In this document: positions 11,001 through 22,413 of the stretch, one piece after another | Numbering within the stretch: the stretch's first letter is position 1 | How the letters are laid out: each line of letters starts with the position of its first letter | Source of the DNA: an uncultured Nitrososphaerales archaeon | Lineage (GTDB): Archaea > Thermoproteota > Nitrososphaeria > Nitrososphaerales > Nitrososphaeraceae | Length of the DNA: 64,000 nt | Assembly (NCBI GenBank): GCA_963695855.1 | Contig: CAVOHZ010000010.1 | Span: 1,312,001 to 1,376,000 of the forward strand | Direction: 5' to 3' | The notes under the pieces: generated by a model | What the model was told of the DNA's origin: nothing | The model's input: only the letters and a program-made list of their open reading frames with translations | Databases searched by the model: none | Program-made: the position numbers and the translations under genes

Positions 11001-11759
11001 ATGGCTAATCAGAATATTACAGATAATGATCCTTATTCTAAGGAACAACTAAGTATGTATTTTGATCCATTCATATACAAACATATTAAAGAATTAAAGT
11101 TAGATGGAATCAACCTCAATAAATTCATTATTGTATTTTGGGATATAAGTAAATTTTCTGCCTTAAATAAAGAATTAAAAGCATTAATGAAAAAACGAAT
11201 GAAAAAACATGGTCTTATATTTCATGAACTAGAATACTTATTAAGAGATTATTATAGTGAAGCAACAAGGGTGATAAAAAAAAATAATGGGATATTGGAT
11301 AAATTTATAGGTGATGGAATTTTTGCTTATTTCGGTTACCAAGATAAAAAATTTGATATAGTTTATTCAAAAGCAATGGATGCTGCTTTAGAGTTAAAGA
11401 TGAATTTTATAAAAATTAAGGAAAAACATATGAAAATTTTATATTCTCATTATGATTACAAACCTACTACCAATATAAATTTGAAATGTGCCATGCATAT
11501 TGGTCAAGTTCTGTTTGGATATTGGTATTCGCCTCTTCGAAGTCAGATTACTGCTATTGGAGATGATGTTAATTTCTGTAGTAGACTTGAGGGATTTGCT
11601 GATAATGATCAAATTATCATTTCAAAAGAGTTGAATAATGCATTAAGTAAGATAACTAACAATACATTTAGAACTAAAAAAATAAAAATACCAGATGATA
11701 AGAAATTGAAAACTTATGAACATGTTAATTATGTTTATGAGTTAATAGGCAAAAAATAA
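11001..11759 (+). CDS. Class III adenylate/guanylate cyclase
   Basis: VFWDISKFS; DKFIGDG; TAIGDDVNFCSRLE. Confidence 0.9.
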   Translation: MANQNITDNDPYSKEQLSMYFDPFIYKHIKELKLDGINLNKFIIVFWDISKFSALNKELKALMKKRMKKHGLIFHELEYLLRDYYSEATRVIKKNNGILDKFIGDGIFAYFGYQDKKFDIVYSKAMDAALELKMNFIKIKEKHMKILYSHYDYKPTTNINLKCAMHIGQVLFGYWYSPLRSQITAIGDDVNFCSRLEGFADNDQIIISKELNNALSKITNNTFRTKKIKIPDDKKLKTYEHVNYVYELIGKK

Positions 11760-12339
11760 GCAAATTCTAAATTGAATATTTATGAACATTACGATTCAAT
11801 GCTTTTAGTTGAAGGATTTGTTAAAGAAGATGTTATTTTATAATATTGGTTCCCTATTTTGAATTTTGATCAATATATTATATAATTATATACTAGTATA
11901 AGAATACTTAATGTATGCAAATAATTGCAATTCTTTTTGTTATTAGACCTCAATAGTTCCCTAATCGGTATTCATTCAATAATACTCTAGCGAATCATTA
12001 TCTTTACTAAATAATAGCATTGGTTTATCCAAGAGTACATCTGGCTCTGAACCTGATTACATTTGGCTTTTGGAATAGGCTGTTAACTTTTTAATACTTT
12101 TTTGGACTACAAAAATCTTTTTCTAAAAAATTCTAGATAGACATATTTATGAATACCTTTTTTTAATATTCGATTCTGTTCTTTTACTAGTTGTAGAATA
12201 CTGATATTCATTAATTATTTATTTTTAATTATTGTTATTAGCATTATTCTTATTATTATTTTTAAATTATTGAAAGTGTTAAATATACTAAAAAGATAAG
12301 GTTATATTTTATAGTTTTTTATCCACGTTTAATTTCTTT

Positions 12340-12628
12340 CTATATACTTCTCTGGAGATATACAGAACAGGCAATAAAAAAATGTAAGAGACTCTCCAAA
12401 AAGAGTTAATATTTTTAAATCCAAGTTAGAAAATACTGGAGGTAAACTATAGAAACATATTATACGTTTGGTAAATATGATGGGGTATCAATAGTGGAGA
12501 CTCCTAATTATGAAGCATTGATGTGTTGTCTATTGTCTATTGGAAGTCAAGGTAATGCACTTACTGTAACTTTAAAAGCCTTTATCTATGATGAAGCTAC
12601 TAAAATAATTGAGAATATACAACAATAA
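12340..12628 (+). pseudogene. GYD-domain protein remnant
   Basis: Pieces KLENTGGKL* and GKYDGVSIVETPNYEALM...GSQGNALTVTLKAF. 5' boundary approximate. Confidence 0.6.
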
Positions 12629-12729
12629 TCCAAAACTTTCATTTCGCGTTATTTATATCTTCATATAATCTTGAATTTATTTGTTATAAGAAACAAAAAA
12701 CGCATTGATAATGACATTATTAGAATATG

Positions 12730-12780
12730 GGGTTCTCAAGGTTTCGATTTCTCATTATGGGAGGGTTTGGTAACATAATA
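12730..12780 (+). repeat. att-like dispersed repeat, tail type II (degenerate)
   Basis: gggttctcaaggtttcgatttctcattatgggagggtttggtaacataata; homologous to 15256 and 16919. Confidence 0.7.
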
Positions 12781-13254
12781 TTTAAGTTTTGGAATAAAGT
12801 TTATAGCTAATTTCGGTTAATTTTGAAATTCATTGCAATAACAATTCAAAGCAGGACGTGTGAGTTGAAGGCTCAGTTCGCTGTCTTACTTTTTGATTCT
12901 TCATAAGATACCAAATTGAATTGAAGGTATTTTTGGTTTCGAATTTTCAAATTTTTATTAGTCTTGCGCCAGTGGTTATTTTCAGAAAAATTAAGATACT
13001 GATAAATGATATCATGCTGTTGATTTTCAAGTACCAAGATAAAATGAGTTTAATGTACATGTTACAAGATATGCTGATATTTCTGAGTGCAGAATTGATA
13101 TTCAAATGACAATTACTATGATAGACAAATAGATAGATGGAGAATCTAACAAATAAGACTTTGTATAATGACCTAATTCACTACTACACTTTTTAGCCCC
13201 TGCTACTGATTACAAAGATATTCAAAGTAAATAAATATCTGCAAATTTTATTTA

Positions 13255-14562
13255 TTATCTATTCTTAGTTTGGAAACGTATTGGCAAATGTGATAATCCA
13301 AGGAAAAGAGAACTTTTGAGTGGAGTAACTTTAGTATATAGATCTTGTTTACCATTATAATCAAAATTAAGTTGAAGATTATCAAATCTTTCAAGAAGTA
13401 TTCTTAATGCTATTTGTCCTTCAAGTCTAGCTAAAGGAGCCCCTAAACAAAAATGAATTCCAGTTCCAAAAGCCATATGACGTAGGTTTTTCCGAGTAAT
13501 ATCAAATCTTTCAGGATCTATAAATACTGATTCATCATGGTTGGCAGAACCCAAAAATAATATTATCTTTTGACCTTTCTTTATTTCTTGTTTCTCCATT
13601 TCTTTTCCTTCTCCTCTTTTTCCTTCTCCTTCTTCAGATAAAGTTACATCATCATTTGCAATACGAATTACTAATTGTACTGGTGATCGATATCGTAAAG
13701 TCTCTTCTATTGCAGGTTTGATTAAGGAATTTCTATTCTCTTGTAATCTTTTAAATTCTTGAGGATTCTCAAGTAACGAAAAAATCGAATTTCCTATTAG
13801 ATTAACTGTTGTAATATGTCCAGCATTTAAAAGAAGATGAGAAAAAGTAAGTATTTCTTTTTCAGATAACGAATGTCCATCTACTTTAGCTCTAATGATA
13901 CGACTGATAAGATCATCCTCATCATTTGTTGAAGAATTTATCTTTTTTTTTCTCTCTTCTATTAATTTGCCAAAATAAATATCCATTTCATCAATAGTTT
14001 TGGATACTTTTTTAATGTAATCAATATCGCTATTTTCTTCAAGACCTACTATCACATCTGCCCATTGATGGTAAGTATCTCGATCTTCAGATGGTACTCC
14101 AAGGAGTTCTGCAATTACAGTTGCAGGTAAAGGATAAGCAAAATCTGATATCAAGTCCATTGTATTCGTAGTACTATTATTACCATTATTTTTTTCAATG
14201 ATCTTATCAATCAGTTCATTTACAATATTTTCAATATGTGGTTCTAATTTAGATATTTCTATTGGAAAAAATAATGTATCAACAATACTACGCAGCTTTC
14301 TATGATATGGAGGATCTGAGGTTATAAGACTTGGTCGGTGAATATTTTCTTCATATTCGACGGGTGTTCCTAGAGGTAAATCAAGTGGACCAAATTTACT
14401 GGAAAACTTTGAAGGATCTTTTAATATTTTTTCAATATCATTATAACGATATACTCCCCATCGTTCATTTTCTTTATCAAAAACAATGGGATTGTTTTTT
14501 CTCATTGATGAATAAAATTCAAAAGGTGAAAATCTTTGTTCTATTGGAGGATATATTTCCAT
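13255..14562 (-). CDS. Cytochrome P450
   Basis: DPPYHRKLR; I-helix AGHITT; EETLR; FGTGIHFCLGAPLAR. Confidence 0.95.
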   Translation of the reverse strand: MEIYPPIEQRFSPFEFYSSMRKNNPIVFDKENERWGVYRYNDIEKILKDPSKFSSKFGPLDLPLGTPVEYEENIHRPSLITSDPPYHRKLRSIVDTLFFPIEISKLEPHIENIVNELIDKIIEKNNGNNSTTNTMDLISDFAYPLPATVIAELLGVPSEDRDTYHQWADVIVGLEENSDIDYIKKVSKTIDEMDIYFGKLIEERKKKINSSTNDEDDLISRIIRAKVDGHSLSEKEILTFSHLLLNAGHITTVNLIGNSIFSLLENPQEFKRLQENRNSLIKPAIEETLRYRSPVQLVIRIANDDVTLSEEGEGKRGEGKEMEKQEIKKGQKIILFLGSANHDESVFIDPERFDITRKNLRHMAFGTGIHFCLGAPLARLEGQIALRILLERFDNLQLNFDYNGKQDLYTKVTPLKSSLFLGLSHLPIRFQTKNR

Positions 14563-14984
14563 ATATTTTATATATAATAGAGATTTATATTTATTTTTAT
14601 TTTTGATAATTTCAGATTTCTTCTTATTGATTGTCTGTCTCTATGTTATAGTTGTTTATATTCTTCAACTTTTTTACATCAATTACATTTAGTTTGTAAT
14701 GAAGCAGAAGAATCCAATATTGAATTGGCAATAAGAGTATAAAATATGTACTACCAGCAAGAGAGATAAAGATCTTCTCATGGAATAATATTATTTTAGA
14801 TAATGAAAATATTTATCGAATTATTAATAACATATATATAAATGAGTGTTGATATTGTAAAAAATAAAATTATTTGTGCACAACCAATTGAATTCATTGT
14901 TAAGAATTAAAATTATTCAATATGACAAGTGCTTCAGAAATGAGATTTCCAAAGGTATTAGAATATTGCAAATAATACTTGGAA

Positions 14985-15196
14985 TTATGCTATAACTTGT
15001 TCTTTCTTCTGTATATTCATAAGATTGTCATCGACAAATTCTGAAAACTTTACAAGAACCTTTAGAATATCACTTTGGTATCGTTCAGACGTCCTAAGAG
15101 CTCTCAAATATTCATAAAACTCAATTAACAGATCTGAATTTGACTTGCTCTCAAGTTTCCTAACTTTTTCTAAAGTATCTATGAGTTTGTAGACAT
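14985..15196 (-). pseudogene. Tyrosine integrase N-terminal stub (copy 1)
   Basis: DTLEKVRKLESKSNSDLLIEFYEYLRALRTSERYQSDILKVLVKFSEF...KKEQVIA*; paralog of the stub at 16650-16854. Confidence 0.65.
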
Positions 15197-15255
15197 TTTT
15201 GTTAGACCTTCAATATTATATTCCTTCCACCAGTATATGAGCCCAATTGGTTGAG

Positions 15256-15306
15256 GGGTTCGGAGGGCTTCGAATTCTCATTATAACAGGGTTCGGTAAC
15301 ATAATA
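15256..15306 (+). repeat. att-like dispersed repeat, tail type II
   Basis: gggttcggagggcttcgaattctcattataacagggttcggtaacataata. Confidence 0.85.
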
Positions 15307-15373
15307 TATCAAGGTATTATTATCAAAATGTAACTATCACGTATAGTCATTATTCATTAAAAAGAAACTAAAC

Positions 15374-16264
15374 TTAATATCCTTTGATATGCAATCCTTT
15401 ATCATCATATACAATATCCTTCATCTGAAAAATTTTATATCCATTTTCAAACAAATATTCCATTTCTTTTTCAAATAAATCTGGATTTAGACTGTAATCA
15501 TCATTAGCGTAACTTATTCCGTGATAAATGAGAATAGGAATTGCTCCAATTGTATTTTCAGTATTATATTTGGTTTGACTTTCTACAATGTCTATAAATT
15601 CTTCATACATTTCATCGTCTGAATATCCGCCTGATTTTTTATATGCCTCATGACTTAGTCCAGTTATTGTATACTTTTTGAAATCTAATTGTAATTCATT
15701 TTCATTATTTTTAGTTGAATAATGGGATTGATTTTCGTATTTACCATCATCAGGAAAACCTTCCTCATTTCTACATTGAAATAACATAAGTGGTTCTGAA
15801 GCAGTTCGAGCAATATAGTAATTGTCAGCAATAATTTTTAGTATATTTGTGTCATTATCGCCATCATTAAATGGAATTTAAAAACTGGTTACATTAAATG
15901 CCTTCTCTTGTAGACATCTTTTAGATTCTATAATTTCATATTTCATTTTTTCATCAGATAGTTTGCTCAATTTTTTATGATTCATTGAATGAGAGCCAAT
16001 TTCATGTCCTTCTTCTTCAAGTGTCTGGATATTGTTCCAATTCATTCTATTTTCTTTATCTACAGCATTACAAATTATATAAAATGTTGCCTTAAAATTA
16101 TATTTATCTAAAATTATTTTTGCATAAGTGTACTGGCTTAATCTTCCATCATCAAATGTTATAATTGCTGCTTTAATTGGTTCAGCCAAGGAATAAGAAA
16201 TCAGAACTTGAGAAGATAATAATAAAATTATCACTAAAAATAAGAATCTTGTTAAACAACACAA
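15374..16264 (-). pseudogene. Secreted polysaccharide deacetylase (NodB-type) with one in-frame TAA at 15878-15880
   Basis: ITFDDG; HEIGSHSMNH; ILIYHG. The two track ORFs are in the same frame. Confidence 0.85.
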
Positions 16265-16545
16265 AGTGAGAATATTAAAAAAAGATATTTATATATTGCT
16301 TTAAATTGATCATGTAAATTATTATAATACTTTATGCCGATAGTCAAATGTACAAATTTAAGTATTAGTATAATTTACAAAAAACATGATTAATGATTCC
16401 ATAATCCTTCTATTTCTTCGTATTTCTAAATATTGAAGTTCCTCTCGTTCTTTTTGTATTTGTAATTTCATTATTATCTAATAATCCCTTTATTCTGATT
16501 TTTTAATTGTCTTATCATATCCCAAATTGAATTTGGTTTAAATAG

Positions 16546-16854
16546 TCAGTCAGTAGTAAGGTTACAAACTAATCTTGCATTGAGTTCATTTTTGCAGGGA
16601 TGTTCATTTAGCCAATCAGGTACATAAGGTGGTGAAAATGTTGAAGGAATAATCTGTTCTTTCTTCTGTATATTCATGAGGTTGTCATTGATAAATTCTG
16701 AAAACTTTACAAGAACCTTTAGAATGTAACTTTGATATCTTTCAGCGGTTCTAGCGCTTCTCAAATATTCATAAAACTCAATTAACAAATCTGAATTTGA
16801 CTTATTTTCTAGTTTCCTAACTTTTTCTAAGGCATCTTTAAGTTTTGTACGCAT
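16546..16854 (-). pseudogene. Tyrosine integrase N-terminal stub (copy 2) fused to an unrelated tail
   Basis: NSDLLIEFYEYLRS..T.ERYQ...LKVLVKFSEF...KKEQII resembles the N-terminal domain of Nitrososphaeraceae integrases (recognised from memory). No catalytic domain. Confidence 0.65.
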
Positions 16855-16918
16855 TTCTTTATTAGATGACCTCCATCATTATCTTCCACTTACTAGTATA
16901 TGAGCCCAATTGGTTAGC

Positions 16919-16969
16919 GGGTTCGGAGGGCTTCGAATTCTCATTATAACAGAGTTCGGTAACATAATA
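16919..16969 (+). repeat. att-like dispersed repeat, tail type II
   Basis: Differs from the 15256 copy at one position over 51 bp. Confidence 0.85.
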
Positions 16970-17520
16970 GATAAAGTTTATTATTTCATAATTTTATGAA
17001 TAACAATTCAATAGTGAAGTTGATTTGCAGATTTAGTTCAATGTCTATACTTGAGAGTTTTATTCTGGAAACATTTTTGGTATTCCCTCATTTTCAATTG
17101 AAGATTCATTCAATTAATAAAATTTTTTTATATGTTCAGAAAAGATTAATGAAAAAAATATAATGTTAAACTAAATAATATGGGATCATTAAATACAATA
17201 TTCTAATTTTTTATTGCAATGTGAAATTAATCTTTTTACGTCTTCATATGTGGAAATTCACTTGGATGAATATATGTTTTATATGTTCATAACAAAAATG
17301 CTTAGAACGAATAGAACATTGATTTATAGTTGATTCTGACAATTAGGAATTGCACAAACAGGCATTTTATTGAATTTATCATCTTTTCTTTCTTAGATCA
17401 ATTACTGGACTCATATGGGATATATTTAGAAAAAGATAGTTAAATTTGCTCTTTATCACTATTGCGATATCACAATTTTGAAGAAGGATATGGTTTTAAG
17501 ATAATAATTAATTAAGATGA

Positions 17521-18096
17521 ATGAGTAATGAAAATGAAGAGGAGAAGAAGGGGGATGAGAGAATTAAGTTAATTGGAGGAGAAGTAAACAACAGAAAAGA
17601 CGATGATGATGATGATGATAATGATGATGATAAAGAACTCAATAACAATAAAGAAGAAGTGGACAAAAAAATAAGAAATAACGATATAATAGAATTATTG
17701 ACTAAAGGGAAAATCGAACTTTCACAAATATTTATTGCACCTGCAATTGTTGCTTTTGGAATTCTACATATTTTAAATGGTGAAACTTCTCCCATGACTT
17801 GGCTAGTTCTTTCTATAAGTTATTGGCTAATCTTTATTTTAACACTATTCTTATTTTTAACTCAATATATTAGAATAATAACATTCCAAATGGTTATCAA
17901 AAAAAGATATGGCCATGAGTTTAATGAAGAAATAGATAGTACTACGGAATTTGGTAGTCATAAATTTTTAAAAAAGATTTTTAATATGTATTTTAAAAGT
18001 TCAGAAAAGAATTTATTTAGGCTTTTGTATATTATTATATTCATATTCATTCTAATTGCTTTTTCTGTATGGTTTACTGTATCTTATCATCTTTAA
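17521..18096 (+). CDS. Hypothetical membrane protein with acidic N-terminus
   Basis: ORF of 191 aa with about 3 hydrophobic segments. Confidence 0.65.
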   Translation: MSNENEEEKKGDERIKLIGGEVNNRKDDDDDDDNDDDKELNNNKEEVDKKIRNNDIIELLTKGKIELSQIFIAPAIVAFGILHILNGETSPMTWLVLSISYWLIFILTLFLFLTQYIRIITFQMVIKKRYGHEFNEEIDSTTEFGSHKFLKKIFNMYFKSSEKNLFRLLYIIIFIFILIAFSVWFTVSYHL

Positions 18097-18741
18097 CCAT
18101 AAATTTTTGAAAGTAAAACATTTATAATAAATGATTTGTTTACCTGATCTATATTATTAATATCATTCTAAATGGCTAAATCTAGTCTTCTTTATTGAAT
18201 CGGGAGCGAGTCCTTCAGATACCTTCGTAGTATTATTCAAAGTGCGAATCTGTAATTTGTAACGACTAACGACCTAGATTTTACGCACAAATCCAATATG
18301 TTGCTGAAGATGTTTTCAAAGGTCCACAGTTTAGAACGGGTGGTTACACTTATGACCAATTCGTTAATAGTTCATGGGAGTTAATGGAAGAAATGCAACG
18401 GACTACAGGCGGCCGGTCTATGTGGGAGCACTGGAACAAGCACGATGTCAAACAGAGACAGGAAAACTTTAGGAAATATCAGCAGGTAACATAACCATCA
18501 TTTTTATTTTTTTTTCAATTCTTAGTAATTGATTAACTAACTAACCATAGTCTAATGTATGATATTATTACAATATTTCATATTGTACTTGTAGATCAAT
18601 TGCTGTTCTTCTTACTGTCAATAATTCAGAATCTTGAAATATTACAACATTAGATAATGTTTCTTAGTGTATCTACAAACAAATACATTATTCCTAGTCA
18701 CTACGATTTATTTTAATAAAAGATATTAAAAATATTTTTAG

Positions 18742-19239
18742 TTAGTTCGTTGCTTCTTCTTGTTTCTTAATCACTTGTGCAGATTCTGCAGGAATGTTGT
18801 TTTTCTCTCTTTCATTTATAATCTCTAACATTACTGCTTCGACTGTCTCTTTTTTCATCCTTTCATTTTCACTGCGTTGAGCATTCGTCCAATTAAGTCT
18901 TTTCCAGAATTCTACATCATCCTGATATAGCCTTAATATAAAACGTAATTCCTCTTCAGTTGGACGTGGTTCAGTGAATAAAAATCTGTTACACGTAGAT
19001 GAATTATTGACATGTGTATCTCCAAAAATATCTTTTCTTTTTGTTCCACTATATATTGCGTCCATTCTTCGTATACGATTACGAAGGCATTTTTCAATCC
19101 AAGTCATTCTAGGTGAATCCCATTCTGGATGTTTGCATTTTGCACAGCATCTGGGTTTAGGTTTTTCTATACGACTAATCCATTTATAGCCGCACCTCTC
19201 ACATTCATACTCTACTACTTCTATTCTTCTTTGAGTCAT
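18742..19239 (-). CDS. Zinc-ribbon protein
   Basis: CERCGYKW...CAKCKHPEWD. Confidence 0.75.
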   Translation of the reverse strand: MTQRRIEVVEYECERCGYKWISRIEKPKPRCCAKCKHPEWDSPRMTWIEKCLRNRIRRMDAIYSGTKRKDIFGDTHVNNSSTCNRFLFTEPRPTEEELRFILRLYQDDVEFWKRLNWTNAQRSENERMKKETVEAVMLEIINEREKNNIPAESAQVIKKQEEATN

Positions 19240-19320
19240 TTAATTAGTCATTACCAGACATTTACTAATGGTAAAGGTTAGACAATATCTAATATTATTG
19301 CTATAGGTAGAACTCATTTT

Positions 19321-19458
19321 TCAATCCAATGCGTCTTCAATGGTTATTTTCAGAGGTTTGCCTTTGAAGTTTTTTAATATCTCTTGATGATAGTCTTTAG
19401 GGACATAGATCACCACTTTCTTTTCTCCCATAGTGCTGATACGTCCGATAAACTTCAT
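19321..19458 (-). CDS. Small AbrB-like DNA-binding protein (45 aa, not in ORF track)
   Basis: MKFIGRISTMGEKKVVIYVPKDYHQEILKNFKGKPLKITIEDALD; swapped-hairpin-like pattern. Confidence 0.6.
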   Translation of the reverse strand: MKFIGRISTMGEKKVVIYVPKDYHQEILKNFKGKPLKITIEDALD

Positions 19459-19654
19459 ACTCAGACAATATTGTATTCAAAATTGGAGGTAAAATAGTCT
19501 TAAGTTAACACAGCCCTTTTTTGTTTATATTTTAGTATAATAGGTTATATCATTTAGAAATTTCTAGACAATTTCATTGTTAATCTATAAAAAATCTTAA
19601 ATTGACAGTGCAAAATTTGAGAATCCTATTAAATATTCAGTTTAGAATTATAAA

Positions 19655-20056
19655 TTATATCCATTCCCATACTTTATACACGATATTATCGTACTTGTCT
19701 ACCGAAGCTTCATGAACTCCTACAAGGTTATTCAAAATTGATAATTTTTCTGTTATTGAAGAACGATAGAAATTAGAACCGGCAACTACTTTTGATAACT
19801 CTCCATGTCTACTAATACCTTTTGTTATGACAGTAGCCATTTCATCACTTCCTTTAATAGTGACAATATCCTTACCTTCTACAAAAAATAAGTTATATGA
19901 TGTAGGACAAGTTGTAAATGTCCCTACCTCTACAACGTCGATTTCCCTCATTTTTCCTTCTAAAAGATATGAATTTTCTATCTTTGGTCCTTCCAAATCT
20001 AATACTCTCTTAGAGGTAATTCTTCGTTTTGCTTGATATAATAAATCTCCTAGCAT
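19655..20056 (-). CDS. Hypothetical protein
   Basis: ORF; likely start at MLGDLLY. Confidence 0.55.
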   Translation of the reverse strand: MLGDLLYQAKRRITSKRVLDLEGPKIENSYLLEGKMREIDVVEVGTFTTCPTSYNLFFVEGKDIVTIKGSDEMATVITKGISRHGELSKVVAGSNFYRSSITEKLSILNNLVGVHEASVDKYDNIVYKVWEWI

Positions 20057-20361
20057 GTTAATAATGTGTAAGAACCTCAAATAATTTAAAAAGTAAATCA
20101 ATAGAAAAGACAATCTACAGAAAAGAGGGAGATATCCAAATGATTTTTATATCATTAAGAAACTAAATTCTATAATTCTCTAAATTCTTAAATGATGCAG
20201 AAATAGATTTAGCCTAATTTTACTTTAAATTGATTTAACGGTGTATTTCTCGGTTTAATAAAAACAAATCTTAATTTTGAATATTATATAGGTCGATGAA
20301 AGAATTACTCATCCAATAAAATTAGAAATTAATAAATGAATGACTAGGTATTATTATATTA

Positions 20362-20469
20362 ATGTCATCAGAAACCAATCTCAATAAATGTAAAGAGTGT
20401 GGTGAATCATTTGGCTCTGAACATGAACTTAATAAGCATATAAATCAAGAACATGTAGGAAATGCTTGA
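20362..20469 (+). CDS. Stand-alone C2H2 zinc-finger microprotein (35 aa, not in ORF track)
   Basis: CKECGESFGSEHELNKHINQEH = C-x2-C-x3-F-x5-L-x2-H-x4-H. Confidence 0.8.
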   Translation: MSSETNLNKCKECGESFGSEHELNKHINQEHVGNA

Positions 20470-20915
20470 AATACTCCTTTTTTATTTATATTTTTGTTTT
20501 AATTCTTAGAAATACCATCTACCACTATCAGTGTAAAAAAATAAAATTATTATGAAGAGTATCTATCTGATATTATTTTATCAAATTCTTCATCTGAAAT
20601 ATCATGAATATGACCGATTACTAATCTTATAACTTGTTAATCCAACGTTTTGAAATTGAACGGATTAAATACTTGTGATGCATCTTCTCCAGTACCAGAA
20701 TAGAATTTATGAAGAACTGTTTTTATTAATTTTTGACCTTTTCTCATTATCTCTATCTTATATAACTTATAATATCGTTATTTTATATAATATATCTTTA
20801 GTATTTTTAAATATCTAGTCTAGACAAGGGGAGGAGAAGACTTTTACATGTATTGAACACAACAATAAGAAATAAATTAAAATATGTCGAAAACGTATAT
20901 TATATAAAATATAAA

Positions 20916-21053
20916 ATGGGATGTGATTTCATGATACTAGCTGGTGTAAGTGGATTATTAATAACTGCTGCAGCTCTGGTAATACAATTCTTTTCTGATA
21001 ATAGAAAAGTAGAAGATGAATTAAAAAAGAAAGAATCAGTCTTTAATACATAA
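20916..21053 (+). CDS. Small single-TM protein
   Basis: MGCDFMILAGVSGLLITAAALVIQFFS followed by a charged tail. Confidence 0.45.
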   Translation: MGCDFMILAGVSGLLITAAALVIQFFSDNRKVEDELKKKESVFNT

Positions 21054-21629
21054 CTATTGAAAGTAGACATTTATAATCACAGCTAACTTTACGATATATT
21101 TTGATTAACGTTTTAAATCATTGAACAAAAAATATATTATTATCAATATATGCAGATTATAATACATCCTCTTCAGACAGATGTTGATTATGATATCTTA
21201 ATTTTATTAGATGATTCTATATCAAACGAATTTAGAGGTCTCAATGTCACTATTGGTCCTACATTAAAATTTAATATTCAAATTTTTATTGACAAAGGTA
21301 GGAACCAGCTTAATTCACGGGACTTATTACACTAGCTTTTTAATAAAATAAAACCAACAAAAAGAATGAAGATTTTACTTATCTGTGATAGGGATGCTTT
21401 TTCAGATGATTTGAATTTTGGAATAGGTGCGTATAATAATATTGGAGATATACTAAACAATCTTTTCAAGAACCCTCGTAATCCTTTGCAAAGTAATCTC
21501 AATAATAATATTGTGGGAGAGCTATTGAGTGGACTATTCAATAATCCTAATAGTGTTGCTATTAATAGAGATAGACAGTAATTAATCAAAAATATGATAG
21601 ATTTATTTGAAGTTTTATTATTACATCTA

Positions 21630-22284
21630 AAAACTTAATTGGATACTACTCAAGTATAATGAAATGTTGATGATTCAAACGTATGTGGATTGATGGTTTG
21701 AAATTATATGATGAAAAAATTGGTATCAACTGGAAATGGTAATCAATAGATGGTGTTATAACCAAAGCACCGCTTGGGGGAAAAAGGTAGAGGACCAAAC
21801 CCCACAGACAGAAGTAAATCCGGTACAAAACGCAGTATCTTGGTACATGGTCAAGGTATTCCTCTTGGAATCACTGTAGATAGTGCTAACAGACATGATA
21901 TGAAGATGACAAAAGCAACACTTCAGAGTATTGTTATCTGCAGACCCACTCCTCCAGTACTATATACAAAATCTCAACAACAGCATATCTGTCTTGACAA
22001 GGGTTATGACTATCCTGAGGTATACGAGTTACTTGGAGAGTATGGTTATACCATGCATGTTTGCAAGAGAGGAGGAGAAGAATACAATAATGATAACAAA
22101 AAGAAGAGAAGGATACCAAAATACAGAGCAAGACGATGGGTTGTTGAAAGAACGCACTCCTGGATGAATAGATTCAGGTGATTATTGATTCGATGGGAAA
22201 AGAAGCAAGACAACTATATTGCAATATTACATTTTGTCTATGCTTGGATAACATATAAGCGAGGAGGGGTTTTCGGATAGGCTC
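21630..22284 (+). mobile_element. IS5-family element, 5'-truncated, transposase decayed
   Basis: GPNPTDRSKSGTKRS, CLDKGYD, RWVVERTHSW; right TIR ttttcggataggctc followed by TTAA. Confidence 0.9.
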
Positions 22285-22413
22285 TTAATAACAGAAACCA
22301 TTTTTTTATTTTTATATTTTTATAGATTTTCGTTAGTAAGGTAACTTATAATTCCTCAAATACAAATAATTATCTCATAGTTAGTATAATACTCCTACCA
22401 TGATATAATAAGA

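Noticed and set aside
674-16264. Stop-codon readthrough or recoding in the CHRD and deacetylase genes
   Set aside because: The stops are a mix of TAA and TAG, TAA is the usual terminator here, and neighbouring relics carry frameshifts. Decay is the simpler explanation.
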